Below, piece by piece: positions 14,158 to 22,848 of a stretch of 64,000 nucleotides of DNA. Origin of the DNA: a virus. Its lineage: Duplodnaviria; Caudoviricetes. The translations under genes were made by a program, and so were the position numbers. The stretch lies in IMG/VR virus record IMGVR_UViG_3300048802_000015, positions 1-64,000 of that record. One strand, 5' to 3'. Positions within the stretch are counted from its first letter, which is position 1, and every line of letters starts with the position of its first letter. The notes under the pieces were generated by a model. The model ran no database searches and had not been told where the DNA came from. It saw only the letters and a program-made list of their open reading frames with translations.

Positions 14158-15834
14158 CTAGGCCGCCTTTGCGAATTGGAAACAGTCCACCACGACCATG
14201 GCGCCGTCTGAAACCAGCGTAGCGAACAACATCCATTCGCCTTCTAGGCACATCCGGACGAACTGTGGCTGCTTGGCCGGCGCGATCTGTTCGAGCCCGT
14301 CTACCGTGAGCATTTTCGCCTTGCCCGCCACACGCTTGGCCAGCGTGACCGCGAAGCTCATCTTCTCTGACCCGCAGAGCAGGGTGATGTCCTTACCGTC
14401 GAGGAGGATGGAGTCGGGCGTGACCTCCAGCCCTGCGACCAGGTCAGCCCGGCCGGCAATCTCGGCGGGCGCGACAACAGTCAAGGTTTTGACGATGGTG
14501 TCCAGCTTGATCCATGCGGCGTCGGCATCGTGCTGGGCCAGCTCGGCGGCTACCACCTGGGCCTTGGCGGCGGTCCACTTGGCGGTGGCCTCGGCGTTGA
14601 TAACCAGTGCCTTGGCAGTTGCCAGGGCGGTCTCGGCGGCAATGGTTATCTCGGCCAGGGCTGGCATGTCTTCGTCAGCGGCGAGGGCAGCTTCGAGTTG
14701 GTTGGCTTGGTTGATGGCGGTGGTTGCCTCGGTCTCCAATGCGTTGGCAGCCTTCCGGTTGGCTTCCAGCGTGTCCACGGCTGCCTTAGCGGCGTCGCAG
14801 CGCCTGCGCGCATCCTCAAGGGCAATAGTGGCCGCACGCAGCTCTCCGTCTGCCGCGTGAAAGTCCTCGGCGCTTGGCCCCACCGCATCCGGCCTGGCCA
14901 TCAGTTCCTCGGCCTTGGCCCGCAGTTCTGCCACCTTTGCGCGCGTCCCGGCCGCCGCCTGTTCGCGTTCCTGTGCCTGCTTGCGCCTATCGTTCAGCAC
15001 GGCAAGTTTACTCTCGGCTGCTGCCACATGGGTGCGCGCCGCCTCCGGTGTCATGGTCTCGGTCTTCTCGACGCGCAGTTTGTCGGACTCCTGGGCTTTG
15101 ACTGTGACCGCGGCCTTGGCCTGGTCGGCGACTTGCCCGGCCTTCGTGCGCTGGTCGAAGTACATCTGCCGAACGCGGGCTAGAACTTCCTGGCCGTGGC
15201 CCGAGGTGTTCCACTCGCGCTCCTCGCCTGTCCAGCGGGTCAGGTCTTCGACTGTCACCTGCACCGGGTTGGCAGCCAGGACGATGCGCCGCTGTTCCTT
15301 GGCGTCGGCGAGGTAGAACTTCAGCGGGTCGAGGGCGCGGCCACCGAAAAGCGCCGCGAGTTGTTCCTTGGGACGTGGCAGCGGCACGCCGTCGGCGCCG
15401 GTGAGTGACAGCGTGGTCTTGCTCTTGGTGATCGTGCGCTTGGCCTCCAGCTTCGTGCGCCTACCCTCCTCGACCTTGTCCATGTCGATGAGCAGCTCAG
15501 TCTTGTCCGCACCGATCCGGATGCACTCGGGCCCGATCCCAACGCCTTCGAGTGTAGCGGGCAGCGATTCGATCGCCGTCGTCTTGCCCTCGCCATTGGT
15601 GCCGCTGAAGATGGCCCCGCCCGGGCCGATGGGCACGTCGAGGGTGGCCAGCCCGCGGAAGTTCGTGAGGCGCATTCTGGTGACGATAATCGTGGGGTCG
15701 TTCGGCATGAGCGTGGTCTCCTCGGTGGTAAAGGCTGAAAGAATATCTGGGGATTGGTTCGCGTCGGGTGCGGATTCCAGGGCTGCAACGTCGGCTAGGG
15801 TGAGTCGCTTCCCGGTGTGGTCGATGATCTGCAT
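14158..15834 (-). CDS. SMC/Rad50/RecN-like ATPase
   Basis: RLTNFRG, Walker A GTNGEGKT, long coiled coil, signature LCGSE, Walker B VDGLEQ. Confidence 0.85.
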   Translation of the reverse strand: MQIIDHTGKRLTLADVAALESAPDANQSPDILSAFTTEETTLMPNDPTIIVTRMRLTNFRGLATLDVPIGPGGAIFSGTNGEGKTTAIESLPATLEGVGIGPECIRIGADKTELLIDMDKVEEGRRTKLEAKRTITKSKTTLSLTGADGVPLPRPKEQLAALFGGRALDPLKFYLADAKEQRRIVLAANPVQVTVEDLTRWTGEEREWNTSGHGQEVLARVRQMYFDQRTKAGQVADQAKAAVTVKAQESDKLRVEKTETMTPEAARTHVAAAESKLAVLNDRRKQAQEREQAAAGTRAKVAELRAKAEELMARPDAVGPSAEDFHAADGELRAATIALEDARRRCDAAKAAVDTLEANRKAANALETEATTAINQANQLEAALAADEDMPALAEITIAAETALATAKALVINAEATAKWTAAKAQVVAAELAQHDADAAWIKLDTIVKTLTVVAPAEIAGRADLVAGLEVTPDSILLDGKDITLLCGSEKMSFAVTLAKRVAGKAKMLTVDGLEQIAPAKQPQFVRMCLEGEWMLFATLVSDGAMVVVDCFQFAKAA

Positions 15835-15844
15835 GAGCTCACTT

Positions 15845-15872
15845 CTATTGTTGTTCACGGGCGGCGGTTTTC
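15845..15872 (-). promoter_or_regulatory. Dispersed motif copy 3
   Basis: Minus strand reads gaaaaccgccgcccgtgaacaacaatag, between the stop at 15874 and the ATG at 15834. Confidence 0.7.
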
Positions 15873-15873
15873 G

Positions 15874-16959
15874 TCAGGGTTTCGGCGGTGCCTGGTAGTA
15901 TTTGCACTTTGTCCCATCCTTGCCGTCGCGGATGAGGCGCTGCAGGCCCTCGGCCTCCAAGGTCTTGATCGTTGCCCCAGACCGCTTGCCCTTCGTCGGC
16001 TGGGGTCCATAAAGCAACTCGCCGATTCGGACCGGGCCTTGCTGCGTGACGAAGGCGTCCGCGTTCCCGCGCACCAGCTTGATGATGGCGTTGATCTTGT
16101 CGCGCATGCCCTCGGCGGCTTCGAGCCACGAGAGGGCCTTGACTGTGGTCTCGGCCGTGAGTTCGCCGCCCACAAACTCGGCGTAGGGAGCGGGCAGCCC
16201 GGCCGTGACCGCGACGGCGCCAGGCAACAGCCATTCGTCGCAATGCCCTCTTTGCCAACAGTGGTCACAGTGCGAGCCTACACTCGCCTCGGGTTGCGGA
16301 GCGTCCGGGTCCACTGGCGGGATGGCGCGGATGGTATCGATCACCTCGGACAGGCGTTGCTCGGTGATGGGCTGCGACTCCAAGGGATGAACCCGCTTGT
16401 CATCCCAGCCCGCGAGAATGATCTTGGCCGATTCGATCTTGCGGGTCTTGCTAGTCTCCATCCAGAACGCCGATGTGTAGGATAACTGCTGATCGTTCTC
16501 GTCGGGCTTCTGGACATGCCCAGCCCACATCTGTCCCATTTTTTTCAGATCTATGTCGACGAAACGTGGCTCTGTTCGATGCAGGCATATCAGGTCGGGC
16601 GTGCCCTTGGTAAGGACCTCGCCGGTCTCTGGATCGAGCAACTCCAGCGGCGGGTGCACGTGCCACTCCCACACCTCGTGTGGGTAGTTGGCCTCAATCC
16701 AGTCAAGGATGATCGGCGTCTCGGTTAGCAGCTCCTCATCGGTGGGCAGGTTGTCCATGTCCCCGGTGGCGATGCAGGACAGGACGAGGCTCACCTGGTC
16801 GTCCACCGCGGTACCGAAGCGGCTCGCATCGTGGCTCGCAGGGTGGTGCACGGACAGCCACGGGAAGCGATCGCACAGCCGGGCTAGGTGGATGGAGCTG
16901 CATCGCACGCGCTTGGACTTGGATACGACGGTCACTTGCGGGAATCCTTGCTCTGGCAT
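15874..16959 (-). CDS. PD-(D/E)xK (RecB/Cas4-like) nuclease
   Basis: GTPDL..DIDLKK, QQLSY and a C-terminal CDHCWQRGHC cluster. Confidence 0.75.
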   Translation of the reverse strand: MPEQGFPQVTVVSKSKRVRCSSIHLARLCDRFPWLSVHHPASHDASRFGTAVDDQVSLVLSCIATGDMDNLPTDEELLTETPIILDWIEANYPHEVWEWHVHPPLELLDPETGEVLTKGTPDLICLHRTEPRFVDIDLKKMGQMWAGHVQKPDENDQQLSYTSAFWMETSKTRKIESAKIILAGWDDKRVHPLESQPITEQRLSEVIDTIRAIPPVDPDAPQPEASVGSHCDHCWQRGHCDEWLLPGAVAVTAGLPAPYAEFVGGELTAETTVKALSWLEAAEGMRDKINAIIKLVRGNADAFVTQQGPVRIGELLYGPQPTKGKRSGATIKTLEAEGLQRLIRDGKDGTKCKYYQAPPKP

Positions 16960-17132
16960 TGCGTCTCCTCGAAGTTGGTGCCGGTCATTGGCCACGAGGC
17001 CGGCATCGTGATGAAGACCGAAAACTTACGAGAGCGCTTGCTTTCGGCCTGCCATTGCGCCCCGTATGGCCGGTGGCCACGCCGCCGCTGTTTCACATTT
17101 CCAATTGGAGGCTCGCGGCTCTCCTGGAATCC

Positions 17133-18152
17133 CTACCAGACCGCTGGTACCTTTCCCGCCTTCGCCGCCACAATGAGCCTGTCGATGATCTCGGGAGAAA
17201 GCTCGGACATGCCACCCACCTCGGGCAGCTCGTCATCGGCCAGCATCTGATTCACCCAGCCGAGCCGAACCTTTTTCCCCCGCTCGGAATGCTCGGTCAC
17301 AGGGACGCTGTCCGGGAACGTGGTGCCGATGGACTGCTGCTTGAGGGCCTCGTTCAGGTCGCGCACTTGGATCGCCGTGGCCTTGGGCGCTGTGCTGGCC
17401 TTGGTCTGCGTGCGCGCGTGCTGGGCGCCGGGCTGGCCGGGTTGGTCGTCTTCCGGCGGGGCGTCCTCGTCGGTGAAGATGTCGCTGGTTGCGGTAGCGT
17501 TGCGTACGCTTTTTACATATGCACGCTTCTGCGACATACTGAGGATTGTGTGATGGAGATCCCAAAGCTTGTCCGTGCTGATGGCTCCGCTTTGGTCGAG
17601 CAACTTCTTGTCCTCGGCTGCGAACTCAGCCCCACACCCACCCTTCTTGGACCAGCAAAACCAGCCAGGCTCCGTGGTGCTCGTGTCGCCTGGCCGCTTC
17701 TTCGATCTGAAGATGGTCGGCTTCCCGCACGTCGGGCACAACTTAGCGGCGGTCCTTGCTGCATATTTCTCTTCGCGCGAATTGGCCGATCCGCTCGCCT
17801 CGCCCACCAACTCGCCAGTGACGGAATTGTATAGACGACAGGTCACCTCGCGGAAAATGAAGTCGTCTCGCTCCTCGCGCGTGACCACCTCAAATTGCGG
17901 TCGAAGTCTGAAGACCTGGCACAGCACCTCGGCACCTGGCTGGAAGAGCATCTTCTTCGGGCGCTTCCCATCGACGACCTTGGACCCGGGCAAGATACCG
18001 AAGTGCTCCCCCTCGCGCAGGACCTTCGATATCACCTCCTCGACCGCCGATCGCATAGCGATCACCCGAGCAACGTCGATTCCGTAGTCCTGCTTCACCA
18101 GCGCGGTCGGCCCCGCCTGGACTATTGCTGTTTCAGTCGTCTTCTCGGTCAT
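17133..18152 (-). CDS. Putative single-strand annealing (recombination) protein
   Basis: HFGILPG..LFQPGAEVL..GSANSREEKY..TILSMSQKRAYV..SDIFTDED, with a disordered C-terminus; adjacent to the nuclease and SMC-like ATPase. Confidence 0.6.
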   Translation of the reverse strand: MTEKTTETAIVQAGPTALVKQDYGIDVARVIAMRSAVEEVISKVLREGEHFGILPGSKVVDGKRPKKMLFQPGAEVLCQVFRLRPQFEVVTREERDDFIFREVTCRLYNSVTGELVGEASGSANSREEKYAARTAAKLCPTCGKPTIFRSKKRPGDTSTTEPGWFCWSKKGGCGAEFAAEDKKLLDQSGAISTDKLWDLHHTILSMSQKRAYVKSVRNATATSDIFTDEDAPPEDDQPGQPGAQHARTQTKASTAPKATAIQVRDLNEALKQQSIGTTFPDSVPVTEHSERGKKVRLGWVNQMLADDELPEVGGMSELSPEIIDRLIVAAKAGKVPAVW

Positions 18153-18175
18153 GGTCAGTCTCCTCTGGTTGTGAT

Positions 18176-18203
18176 CTATTGTTGTTCACGGCGGGCGGTT
18201 TTC
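18176..18203 (-). promoter_or_regulatory. Dispersed motif copy 4
   Basis: 32 nt identical to copy 5 (tggcgaaaaccgcccgccgtgaacaacaatag); upstream of an RBS and the ATG at 18152. Confidence 0.75.
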
Positions 18204-18216
18204 GCCAAGAAAGTTT

Positions 18217-19830
18217 TCACCCCGTAAGCTGTAGCATCCCGGCCGTCGCAACGATGTACTTGTCGGGATCGGCTACCACCTTGGCGTAGGTCTCCTGCCC
18301 CTCGAACTCATCGACCACCGCGCGTTCGGTCGCGTCCATGTCGGCGTACTTCCGGCGACCATACGATGGCGGCAACCACTGCTTACGCTGGGCGCCGAAT
18401 CGGTTCAGGCGGTCAAGCAGATCTGTCCGCAGGAAGCGGATGTGCAGCGTTCCCTTCTTGTAGCAAGTGACCGAGAAGAAGCTTCCGGCGATGTTCGATG
18501 ACTGCCCCAGTTCTTCGGCGCGCGCCAGGGCGGTGGCGATCTTGATCTCGGGCGGCAGTCCACCGTTCAGGAACGTGAGGCACTTCTCAAGGTCCGCGAG
18601 CTCGCCCGCGCAATTGCTAAAACGCCACTTGTCCCAGATGGTGTCCCACGGGTGGCCGGGCATGATGACCTTCTCGTTGATCTTCCAGCTCTTGTTGGTG
18701 GCCCATCCGTTGAAGTAGTGGATATTCGCCGAGTCCTTGTCCCAGTGGTGCTGGCGGGACAGCCGGTCGAACTCCGCGACGATTGTTTCTTCGATACTGG
18801 CGATGGTCTGGCGGGATAGGTCGCGCTGAATCGACAGGATGTTGACCCGCGAAAACTCGAACTCGGCCAGCGCTTCCACCTTCGCCGATAGCTCGCGCTG
18901 CAGGTTGGACGTGAGTTGTCCCGTGAACTCGGGCGCCTGGAATAGTGCCTCCCAGTATTTCAGCCGGGTCAGGCGGACGTAGCCGTTGAGGGTGTCCCCG
19001 TCGCGGACCTTCCGATCGTCGATGGTCAGCGCCAGGATAGGCTTGCGGTAGTCGCCCGAAGGATCGCCACGCAGGGATTCCAGAAGATGCGGGCGGATCC
19101 TTTCGTATTCCTGGATCAGCCTCACCCCGGCGTCTATCTCGAACCGATAGCGAGCGATGATGGCCTGGACAAAGTCGCCAGAGACCAGGTCTGTCTGTTC
19201 GCCCTGCCGATCCGCCTCTGCCCGCCGCGCCTCGTGCAGGTCTTCAAGGATGATGCTGTCCGGGACGCTGTTCGGGATGGCCACGCTGATAAGGGCCACC
19301 TCGACGTCGGTAGGTCGCTCGGCTTGGGCGAACTCGCCAGCGTGAAAGGTGATCGTCGCGCCCAGTTCTGCCAGCTTCGTGGCCAGGGCCTTGCGCTCGT
19401 TGGTGTAGGGGTTGCGGATGGTCTCGGCGTTCAGGATGCAACGGACCTGCCCACCGTACCGGGCCAACTCCAGCGCCTTGAGCAAGTGCCGAGCCCCATC
19501 GGAGAAAGGCGGATTCATCACGATTAGGTCGTAGTGCTTGCGCGTCTGGTAGGTCAGGAAGTCATCGTGCACAACGCGGAATCCGGCCCCCTTGAGGGCG
19601 CAGCGCAGATCTTCAGCGATCTCGATGCAGTCGATCGCCCCCTTGCCATCGTCTTCGGCGCGCCAGCGGCTTTTTCTGGTCTCGCACTTGAGGCGGCCAG
19701 CGATCTTCAAAGCAATGTCGCCCTTGCCGGCCTCTGGTTCCAGCACTGTTACGAGCTCGCTCCAGTCGATGCCCGCGAGCATGAGAGAAATCGTCCGCGG
19801 TGCCGTGGGAAAGAATTCTTCCAGGCTCAC
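18217..19830 (-). CDS. Amino (N6/N4) DNA methyltransferase, DUF4942-like
   Basis: VLEPEAGKG and IVMNPPF motifs. The GTG start at 19830 overlaps the upstream TGA; the longer ORF-track start is probably spurious. Confidence 0.8.
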   Translation of the reverse strand: MSLEEFFPTAPRTISLMLAGIDWSELVTVLEPEAGKGDIALKIAGRLKCETRKSRWRAEDDGKGAIDCIEIAEDLRCALKGAGFRVVHDDFLTYQTRKHYDLIVMNPPFSDGARHLLKALELARYGGQVRCILNAETIRNPYTNERKALATKLAELGATITFHAGEFAQAERPTDVEVALISVAIPNSVPDSIILEDLHEARRAEADRQGEQTDLVSGDFVQAIIARYRFEIDAGVRLIQEYERIRPHLLESLRGDPSGDYRKPILALTIDDRKVRDGDTLNGYVRLTRLKYWEALFQAPEFTGQLTSNLQRELSAKVEALAEFEFSRVNILSIQRDLSRQTIASIEETIVAEFDRLSRQHHWDKDSANIHYFNGWATNKSWKINEKVIMPGHPWDTIWDKWRFSNCAGELADLEKCLTFLNGGLPPEIKIATALARAEELGQSSNIAGSFFSVTCYKKGTLHIRFLRTDLLDRLNRFGAQRKQWLPPSYGRRKYADMDATERAVVDEFEGQETYAKVVADPDKYIVATAGMLQLTG

Positions 19831-20066
19831 GTGCCCGCCAGTAGCGCCTTGGCGCCATCCGGTCCCAGGTATTCCACGAGGCTGGCCCGTATCACGTAGA
19901 CCCGCAGGCCCACGTTCGTGCTGGTGATGGCTCCCTTGGCAATCCAAAGGTTCACCGTCTGACGGTTCACGCCGGCAAGGCGTGCTGTCTCGGCGACGCT
20001 CAGGAAGCCCTGCTCCCGCATGCGGTCCTCTTGTGCGCGTTTCAATGGTTTGCTTGACTTCAACAT
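19827..20066 (-). CDS. HTH DNA-binding protein (excisionase/MerR-like)
   Basis: LSVAETARLAGVNRQTVNLWIAKG. Confidence 0.8.
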   Translation of the reverse strand: MLKSSKPLKRAQEDRMREQGFLSVAETARLAGVNRQTVNLWIAKGAITSTNVGLRVYVIRASLVEYLGPDGAKALLAGT

Positions 20067-20413
20067 GGTGCTGTTCCTCCGTGATCTTTCCAAAACTGTG
20101 TGGCCTCCGGGGTGCCGGGCCGGAAGCCGAAAACCTCTTCAATGACGTCGCCGATGTCGCGCTTGTAGAGCTTGGCCTTGTCCATCGTGGCCATTGATAG
20201 GACGACCCAGAATGAGGCGTATTGTCCCTCGATGGCGGCAATGTGCTGGCGGCCGTGGCCGGGCACGTCGCGCGAGTCCACCTTACCGCCGCAGAGACCG
20301 CACTTGATGTGGTCGTGCTCCCGCGTACACCAGCCACGATCTGGGCGCGTACCGGATTCGGTCGTCTGTGCCCATAGGCCGGTGAGGAGTAGGAGGGCGA
20401 GAGAGTCGTTCAC
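20060..20413 (-). CDS. Hypothetical protein (CxxC/His)
   Basis: GTGA-coupled; CGLC..H..QH motif. Confidence 0.5.
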   Translation of the reverse strand: MNDSLALLLLTGLWAQTTESGTRPDRGWCTREHDHIKCGLCGGKVDSRDVPGHGRQHIAAIEGQYASFWVVLSMATMDKAKLYKRDIGDVIEEVFGFRPGTPEATQFWKDHGGTAPC

Positions 20414-20850
20414 GGCGTCCAGTCTCCCGTGGTGTCGAGCCCAAAGACCTGCTTCAATGCCTCGGCGGCGCCGGCCATTGCCTCTACGCTTTTGCAGGCG
20501 GCCAGCGCATCGGCGGTGACGTAGCGGACGATGATGTTCACGTGAACCCCAGCTGGGCGCTCCCCGTCGAGCCACTGTCGAAACTGCTCAATGTTGGCCA
20601 GCACTGCGCGCTCCTTGTCGGCACCGCAGTCAACACGCAGAAAGAAGACGACATGGATGCCCGAGTCGTGGTCTGAGACCGTGCTCATGTTGGCGCCGAC
20701 CTGCTCGCACGCAACAGAGATGGAGAAAGAAGTGAGGTTCTTGCGCACATTCTCGCCCATCTTCCTCACCGCAGCGGCAAGCCCGGACATGGACTGCGCC
20801 GCGTCCTGCATTGGGACGGCTATGGAACTTCCCCAGTCGTCAGCCGTCAC
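20410..20850 (-). CDS. Hypothetical protein
   Basis: GTG start overlaps the stop of the sigma-like gene. Confidence 0.5.
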   Translation of the reverse strand: MTADDWGSSIAVPMQDAAQSMSGLAAAVRKMGENVRKNLTSFSISVACEQVGANMSTVSDHDSGIHVVFFLRVDCGADKERAVLANIEQFRQWLDGERPAGVHVNIIVRYVTADALAACKSVEAMAGAAEALKQVFGLDTTGDWTP

Positions 20851-21377
20851 CCCAGGTACTCCTCCGCATACGCGCGCAGCCGCCGGTCCCCTTGCAGTGC
20901 CCGCCGCGCTTCTCGCGTTGCCTGGTACACCTCTCGCACCGGGACGCGCCGGCTCTGTGCCACTTCGGCAGGCTTGCGCTCCCCGAGCAGCACTTCGCTC
21001 GCCAAGTCCCCGCCCGGTAGCAGCGCCAGCATGCGGGTGATGATCTTCGCGAAGCGGTACCGGTCGATGCGCTCTTCTGGCGGGGACACCTCGGTAGGAA
21101 CGGACCGCGCGTGTTCCAGCTCCACCTTCCTGCAGCCGTCGAGCTTGTCGAGGCGGTTGATGCTGGCTGTGATGGGCGCACGATTCTGGCGCGTGTAGGC
21201 CCACAGTGACCTGCGCATGACCACAGCCTGCCAGCCTTCGAGCGGTGCGCTGCCGTCCTTCCAGGTCTTAGCCGCTTCGAGTTTCGCTAGCTCGGCTTGC
21301 TGCCGCAGGTCTTGGGCTTCAAGCCAGCCGCAGAGAAATGCGTAGTTTCTGACAATGGCGTTGGTCGCGTCGATCAT
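20847..21377 (-). CDS. Sigma-factor-like protein (ECF size)
   Basis: Region-2-like LEAAKTWKDGSAPLEGWQAVVMRRSLWAY; region-4-like HTH KPAEVAQSRRVPVREVYQATREARRAL. Confidence 0.55.
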   Translation of the reverse strand: MIDATNAIVRNYAFLCGWLEAQDLRQQAELAKLEAAKTWKDGSAPLEGWQAVVMRRSLWAYTRQNRAPITASINRLDKLDGCRKVELEHARSVPTEVSPPEERIDRYRFAKIITRMLALLPGGDLASEVLLGERKPAEVAQSRRVPVREVYQATREARRALQGDRRLRAYAEEYLG

Positions 21378-21411
21378 TGTGGTAGTCCTTCGGTGGTGGT
21401 TGTGGTTGGGC

Positions 21412-22296
21412 TCACGCGGCTGCGTCCTCAGCCTGTGCCAAGATCGCCGCCTCCGCCAACCGCGACCTCAACCCCGATAGCCGCTCTTGGAGCTCGACCA
21501 GCGACGTCCCCAGCAGCGCCTCGTAGCCGGCCACCTTCGTCGCGACTCGGTCGCATTGCTTAGACTTGGTCTTGAGCGCCCGCGGCCCGGCCTCGACGTT
21601 GGTCAGGATGGCCTCGAACTCTGCGATCTCGGCGCTTGCTTCGCGCTCTACCGCGGCGAGGATGGCCTGGACGGCGCTCTCGGTACGCAGGGCCGGAATC
21701 TCGTAGCAGACGTGGGCACCCACCGACCGAATGACCTCGGCGGCAAGGCGAAACTTTTCCACCGACGCCGGGGGCAGGAAATAGAACCCGCCGCGCGCCC
21801 GGAGCGCTACCGCGTCCAGCGACTCGCAGAAGTGCACCAGCAGGCTGGAGATGTCGGAGGGAACCAGGTTGGTCAGGTGGAGCGCGTGGCTGGCTCGGAT
21901 AGAGTCCGCAAGCAGCCCGTCCGACGGCTCGATCGTGAGTACGCCGTCAGCGTCGACCGTTGCAACCACGGCCTGCTTGTAGTCCAGCTTCTCGCCGGCC
22001 GCCGTCTCCTCGACCAGGCTGTAGCCCTCGCGCCCGGCCAGGGGACGCACCAGCTTGCGCTGCTCTGCCAGGGTCTCGACCGCGCGCCGAAGGGCGGACT
22101 TGGGCGCCACCGCTTCGGGCACCAGCGCGATGTCCAGACCCTCCGCATGCCAGGCCACGCGCAGCTTCTCGACGTCTACGAGTCCGCTCAGTTCCCACCA
22201 GGTGAGAATCCCCGCCTGCGGTGTGCCGTCAGTGACGGCGAGAAAGTCTTTGCTCGTGACAATGCCTTGGGTCATTCCGGTCTTGGTCGTGGTCAT
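21412..22296 (-). CDS. DUF6744-like phage protein
   Basis: G.LTWWELSG..RGGFYFLP and a C-terminal coiled coil; strong RBS. Confidence 0.6.
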   Translation of the reverse strand: MTTTKTGMTQGIVTSKDFLAVTDGTPQAGILTWWELSGLVDVEKLRVAWHAEGLDIALVPEAVAPKSALRRAVETLAEQRKLVRPLAGREGYSLVEETAAGEKLDYKQAVVATVDADGVLTIEPSDGLLADSIRASHALHLTNLVPSDISSLLVHFCESLDAVALRARGGFYFLPPASVEKFRLAAEVIRSVGAHVCYEIPALRTESAVQAILAAVEREASAEIAEFEAILTNVEAGPRALKTKSKQCDRVATKVAGYEALLGTSLVELQERLSGLRSRLAEAAILAQAEDAAA

Positions 22297-22324
22297 TGGG
22301 TCCTCCTGGTTGTTGGTCTGTGGT

Positions 22325-22735
22325 CTAGTCGGAATTCAGATAGACAAGGAAGCCGAGGCTACCGGCGAAGGGCCGTAGATTGCGCGCCCACTCTGGAAAC
22401 TCGGGAATGTCTAGATCTGTAAGTCGCGCCTTGATTCGCACTGGCACCCACGCCTCGCCTCCGACGCCAGCGCTGGGTTCAAGAACATCATCGAGCTTCT
22501 TAGCGGCCAAAAACTTCGCGACGTGCTCGGTCTCGACGTGCCACCGATCGCGCAGTATTTCCAGGGATGCTTCCGAGAGATACGTCGGCAGCGGGAGGAA
22601 AATCCCTTCGGCTTCTGGATGCGCGCAGGCGGTCCCTCCTGCCTGATTCGTCCAGCGAACGCCCGTCTTGCATGCGATGACGATGCCCACCTGTTCGGTG
22701 TCCCAGTGATCGAGATCGAGAGCTACGGTTGGCAT
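22325..22735 (-). CDS. DUF6210-like hypothetical protein
   Basis: TGVRWTNQAGGTACAHPEAEGIFLPL motif. Confidence 0.55.
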   Translation of the reverse strand: MPTVALDLDHWDTEQVGIVIACKTGVRWTNQAGGTACAHPEAEGIFLPLPTYLSEASLEILRDRWHVETEHVAKFLAAKKLDDVLEPSAGVGGEAWVPVRIKARLTDLDIPEFPEWARNLRPFAGSLGFLVYLNSD

Positions 22736-22848
22736 CGGCGGTCCTCCTGGTTGGTCGTTTCGTGCGCCGCGTAGGTTTCACGTGAAGTATTTGATCGTCT
22801 ATTTCACGGTAACAGTAGAACTATTCTTGCACAGTCTAGCTAGTTCCG

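Noticed and set aside
19831-20337. N-terminal extension making the methyltransferase 706 aa
   Set aside because: It overlaps the HTH gene and another ORF. The GTG at 19830 coupled to the upstream TGA is the more plausible start.
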